Assembly: GCA_965223265.1 (NCBI GenBank)
Contig: OZ244999.1
Location: forward strand, 6,752,001 to 6,816,000
Reading direction: 5' to 3'
Origin: Planctomycetota bacterium
Lineage (GTDB): Bacteria > Planctomycetota > UBA8108 > SXIK01
DNA length: 64,000 nucleotides
Shown here: piece after piece, positions 61,780 through 64,000 of the stretch
How the letters are laid out: each line of letters starts with the position of its first letter
Position numbering within the stretch: the stretch's first letter is position 1
Notes under the pieces: generated by a model
The model's input: the letters and a program-made list of their open reading frames with translations, nothing else
Databases searched by the model: none
What the model was told of the DNA's origin: nothing
Made by a program: the position numbers and the translations under genes

Positions 61780-64000
61780 TCAACGGGAACCCGCCGCGGC
61801 CCCCGCCTCGACCAGAGTCGCCTTCAAACTGAGCAAGTTCGCGAGCAATCGATATGCACCGGGCACACCGGCTGGCAACTGTCGGAAGAGACCAAGCCCC
61901 GTATAGACCCAGACGCCGCGGCCATAGCGCGCCACGACGAGACTGCCGCGTTTGGGACCCTTGTTGTACGCGAACGAATCTTCGATCTCGAGGAGCGCTG
62001 TGTAACGCTCATCCCACTCACCGAGAAAATAGAGTCCGCGTTCCTGCACCCAACCATCCCAGTCGCGCGCCCCCAATCGATTCGGTTGGCTGAGAATCGG
62101 GTGCTCCGGGAAGAGCGCCCGCACCGGAGCGTCTTCATCCGTGACGCGATCGTGCGGCCGATGGATCGTCAATGGATAGGGGCCGTACTGCGCCGCGTTG
62201 AACTCATACTTGTTGTACTGGACGATCATCACGCCGCCGCTTTTGACGTAGTCAAGCAATCGGTGATTGCTGGCGATCAGATCGTCCCGATCTTTGTATG
62301 CGCGCACGCCGGTGACGATGACATCGTATTTCGACAGATCGTCGCTGCGCAGCGCGGTGCCTTCAAGCTGCGTGACCGGGACGCCGAGCTGCTGAATCGA
62401 GGCATCGACCTCGTCACCCACCCCGACGACGTAGCCGACGTTCGGCTTCCCGGCCACTTCAACGTCGACGACCCTCAATGTCGCTGCGGCGGGCCGAAAG
62501 AGGTGGCGCGTCTCAATGTGATGGTAGGCAATCGTTTCATAGCCCTCGCGGTACTCCCGCTGCCCGTGGCGGGCGACGACGCGGATCGACTGCGATCCTG
62601 GCTCCAGCGCCTCCGGAGCCTGCAGTGTAAAGGAAATCTCGGCCTCATCGCCGCCGCGGGGAAGCTCCACCTGTGCGACCGCGGGCGTTGCTCGCCATCC
62701 GCCTGTGACGCTGACCTCGACATCGACGCGCGCTGCGGCGACGTTCGTGCGCACACGCGCCTGGACGCGCACCGGTGCGGAGTCCGATCGGCTCGACGCG
62801 ATCACAACCCTCGGCGACGCAATGACGGAGATTTCAGGCACGACTTTGAGCGCATGGCTGCGTCGCCGCGCCACGGCAGGGTCGTACGAGCGGGCGACCA
62901 CGGGCTGATCGACGTGAGCTTCGACACCGTGCGATGTGTACGTCCAGCGGGCAGTGAGCGGCGGCGCGACGAACGGTTCGCCACAGTGCTGGGTGTCGAC
63001 ACTGTAGCGACCTGACCACTCAAGGCTGCGTCGCCAGTAGGGTCGCGTCGGCGGGGCGTCTTGTGGGACGCGGACGCGAAAACGACTGCGCGCGACCTCG
63101 CCACGGCCCGGCCGGTCCGCACCGGCCTGTACCGTCTCGACGTGCCAACCCGGGGGCGCCCGCAGCTGGCAGCTCACGCCAGAGACGTCGGCTGGCGAGC
63201 GGTGCGCGAACTCGGTCTCAACCACGAACGCTTCACCTGAAACGACCATGCCGTCCGGATCGCCTTTCGCGCCCGCATCGCCCGTGACATATGCATCGTA
63301 GTGTAGAAAATGAGACTTGGCAGCCGCGTCGACCCAATCCTCCTCTTCCCGCTCGAGCAGAAACGGCACCTCGGTGCGCGCTGGACGGTCGCTGTCGGCT
63401 TCCGCGTCACTGTCGACGATCCGTTTCACTCGCCGCAGCTCCGCTAGACCCGACATGATCTGCTGACGCAGCTCATCGTAGTCGCGAAGGCGGAACGCGT
63501 TTGTAACAGCTCGTATGGTGTCGCTCCAACGATCAAGGTCCACACCGCGCGGCAGAGGCTTCAGAGACGCTCGCAGACGCGAGACGACGTCTGTGTGCAC
63601 ACCCTCGAAAAGTGCACCGCCCTCAGCGGCAGTGCCGACAAACGAGACCGCCAAACTATACCAGCGCGATTGCGGCCCCACGACAGGAGGTGCGTTCATG
63701 CCCTGAGATCGATGCTGGTTGCGAGCCAAGGCGCCGAACTCCGCATAGGACATGCCAAGCAGCGCGTCGAAGCCGCCAAGCTGGACTCTCACCATACGGC
63801 GTGAAGAGTCAGCATCACGATCTCCCCAATGAGCGCGATAAAGCTTCACCGGCTGCCAAGGCTCTAGCCCCGCAGCGAACTGTTCGGGAAAACGGCTGCG
63901 ATCGCCAGCGGCGAAGAAGGCTTCTGTCGCCAGACGCGCACTCGCTTGATGATGCTGCCCGCCGCCGGCGCCGATAGGAACCAACGTCACAACAACATCC
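61780..64000 (-). CDS. PIG-L family deacetylase with NEW3-like and class-I GATase-like C-terminal domains (5'-truncated)
   Basis: GQHHQASA, QLxxGLEPWQPxK-type segment, HRSQG, YHHIE, RVTDEDA, WDGWVQERGLYF, FRQLPAGVPGAYRLLANL. Confidence 0.85.
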   Translation of the reverse strand, partial: DVVVTLVPIGAGGGQHHQASARLATEAFFAAGDRSRFPEQFAAGLEPWQPVKLYRAHWGDRDADSSRRMVRVQLGGFDALLGMSYAEFGALARNQHRSQGMNAPPVVGPQSRWYSLAVSFVGTAAEGGALFEGVHTDVVSRLRASLKPLPRGVDLDRWSDTIRAVTNAFRLRDYDELRQQIMSGLAELRRVKRIVDSDAEADSDRPARTEVPFLLEREEEDWVDAAAKSHFLHYDAYVTGDAGAKGDPDGMVVSGEAFVVETEFAHRSPADVSGVSCQLRAPPGWHVETVQAGADRPGRGEVARSRFRVRVPQDAPPTRPYWRRSLEWSGRYSVDTQHCGEPFVAPPLTARWTYTSHGVEAHVDQPVVARSYDPAVARRRSHALKVVPEISVIASPRVVIASSRSDSAPVRVQARVRTNVAAARVDVEVSVTGGWRATPAVAQVELPRGGDEAEISFTLQAPEALEPGSQSIRVVARHGQREYREGYETIAYHHIETRHLFRPAAATLRVVDVEVAGKPNVGYVVGVGDEVDASIQQLGVPVTQLEGTALRSDDLSKYDVIVTGVRAYKDRDDLIASNHRLLDYVKSGGVMIVQYNKYEFNAAQYGPYPLTIHRPHDRVTDEDAPVRALFPEHPILSQPNRLGARDWDGWVQERGLYFLGEWDERYTALLEIEDSFAYNKGPKRGSLVVARYGRGVWVYTGLGLFRQLPAGVPGAYRLLANLLSLKATLVEAGAAAGSR

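Overview
GC-rich bacterial chromosomal window, probably from the Planctomycetota. That assignment is an inference from planctomycete-style C-terminal dockerin-like domains, a PQQ-type beta-propeller protein and a 'DGTRxVPAT' REP. Most of it is housekeeping: the start of the F0F1 ATP synthase operon, ggt, lexA, the threonine operon (hom-thrC-thrB-lysC), tRNA-Arg(CCT), a two-subunit pyruvate/2-oxoacid:ferredoxin oxidoreductase, rpmB, an ECF sigma cluster, nrdJ, pcnB, lpxA, metX, pcm, peptidases and amrB/amrS. The main accessory region is about 26.6-30.5 kb. It holds tandem REPINs and hexamer microsatellites, then a 2.65-kb three-gene large-serine-recombinase element, then a four-helix-bundle gene. 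The strongest candidate for an undescribed system is this element. One end carries an outward-facing Shine-Dalgarno plus GTG with no element gene behind it, while the first element gene at the other end lacks a proper start, so excision and circularisation could assemble the gene. Two of its proteins also carry beta-clamp-binding-like motifs. Other notable signals are Firmicutes-type SOS boxes before lexA, a His/Asp-rich extension on AtpF, a T-armless duplicate of the tRNA, and NrdR-like boxes ahead of a hairpin-rich ~1-kb nrdJ leader. All family assignments come from recognising motifs by eye; no database searches were run.
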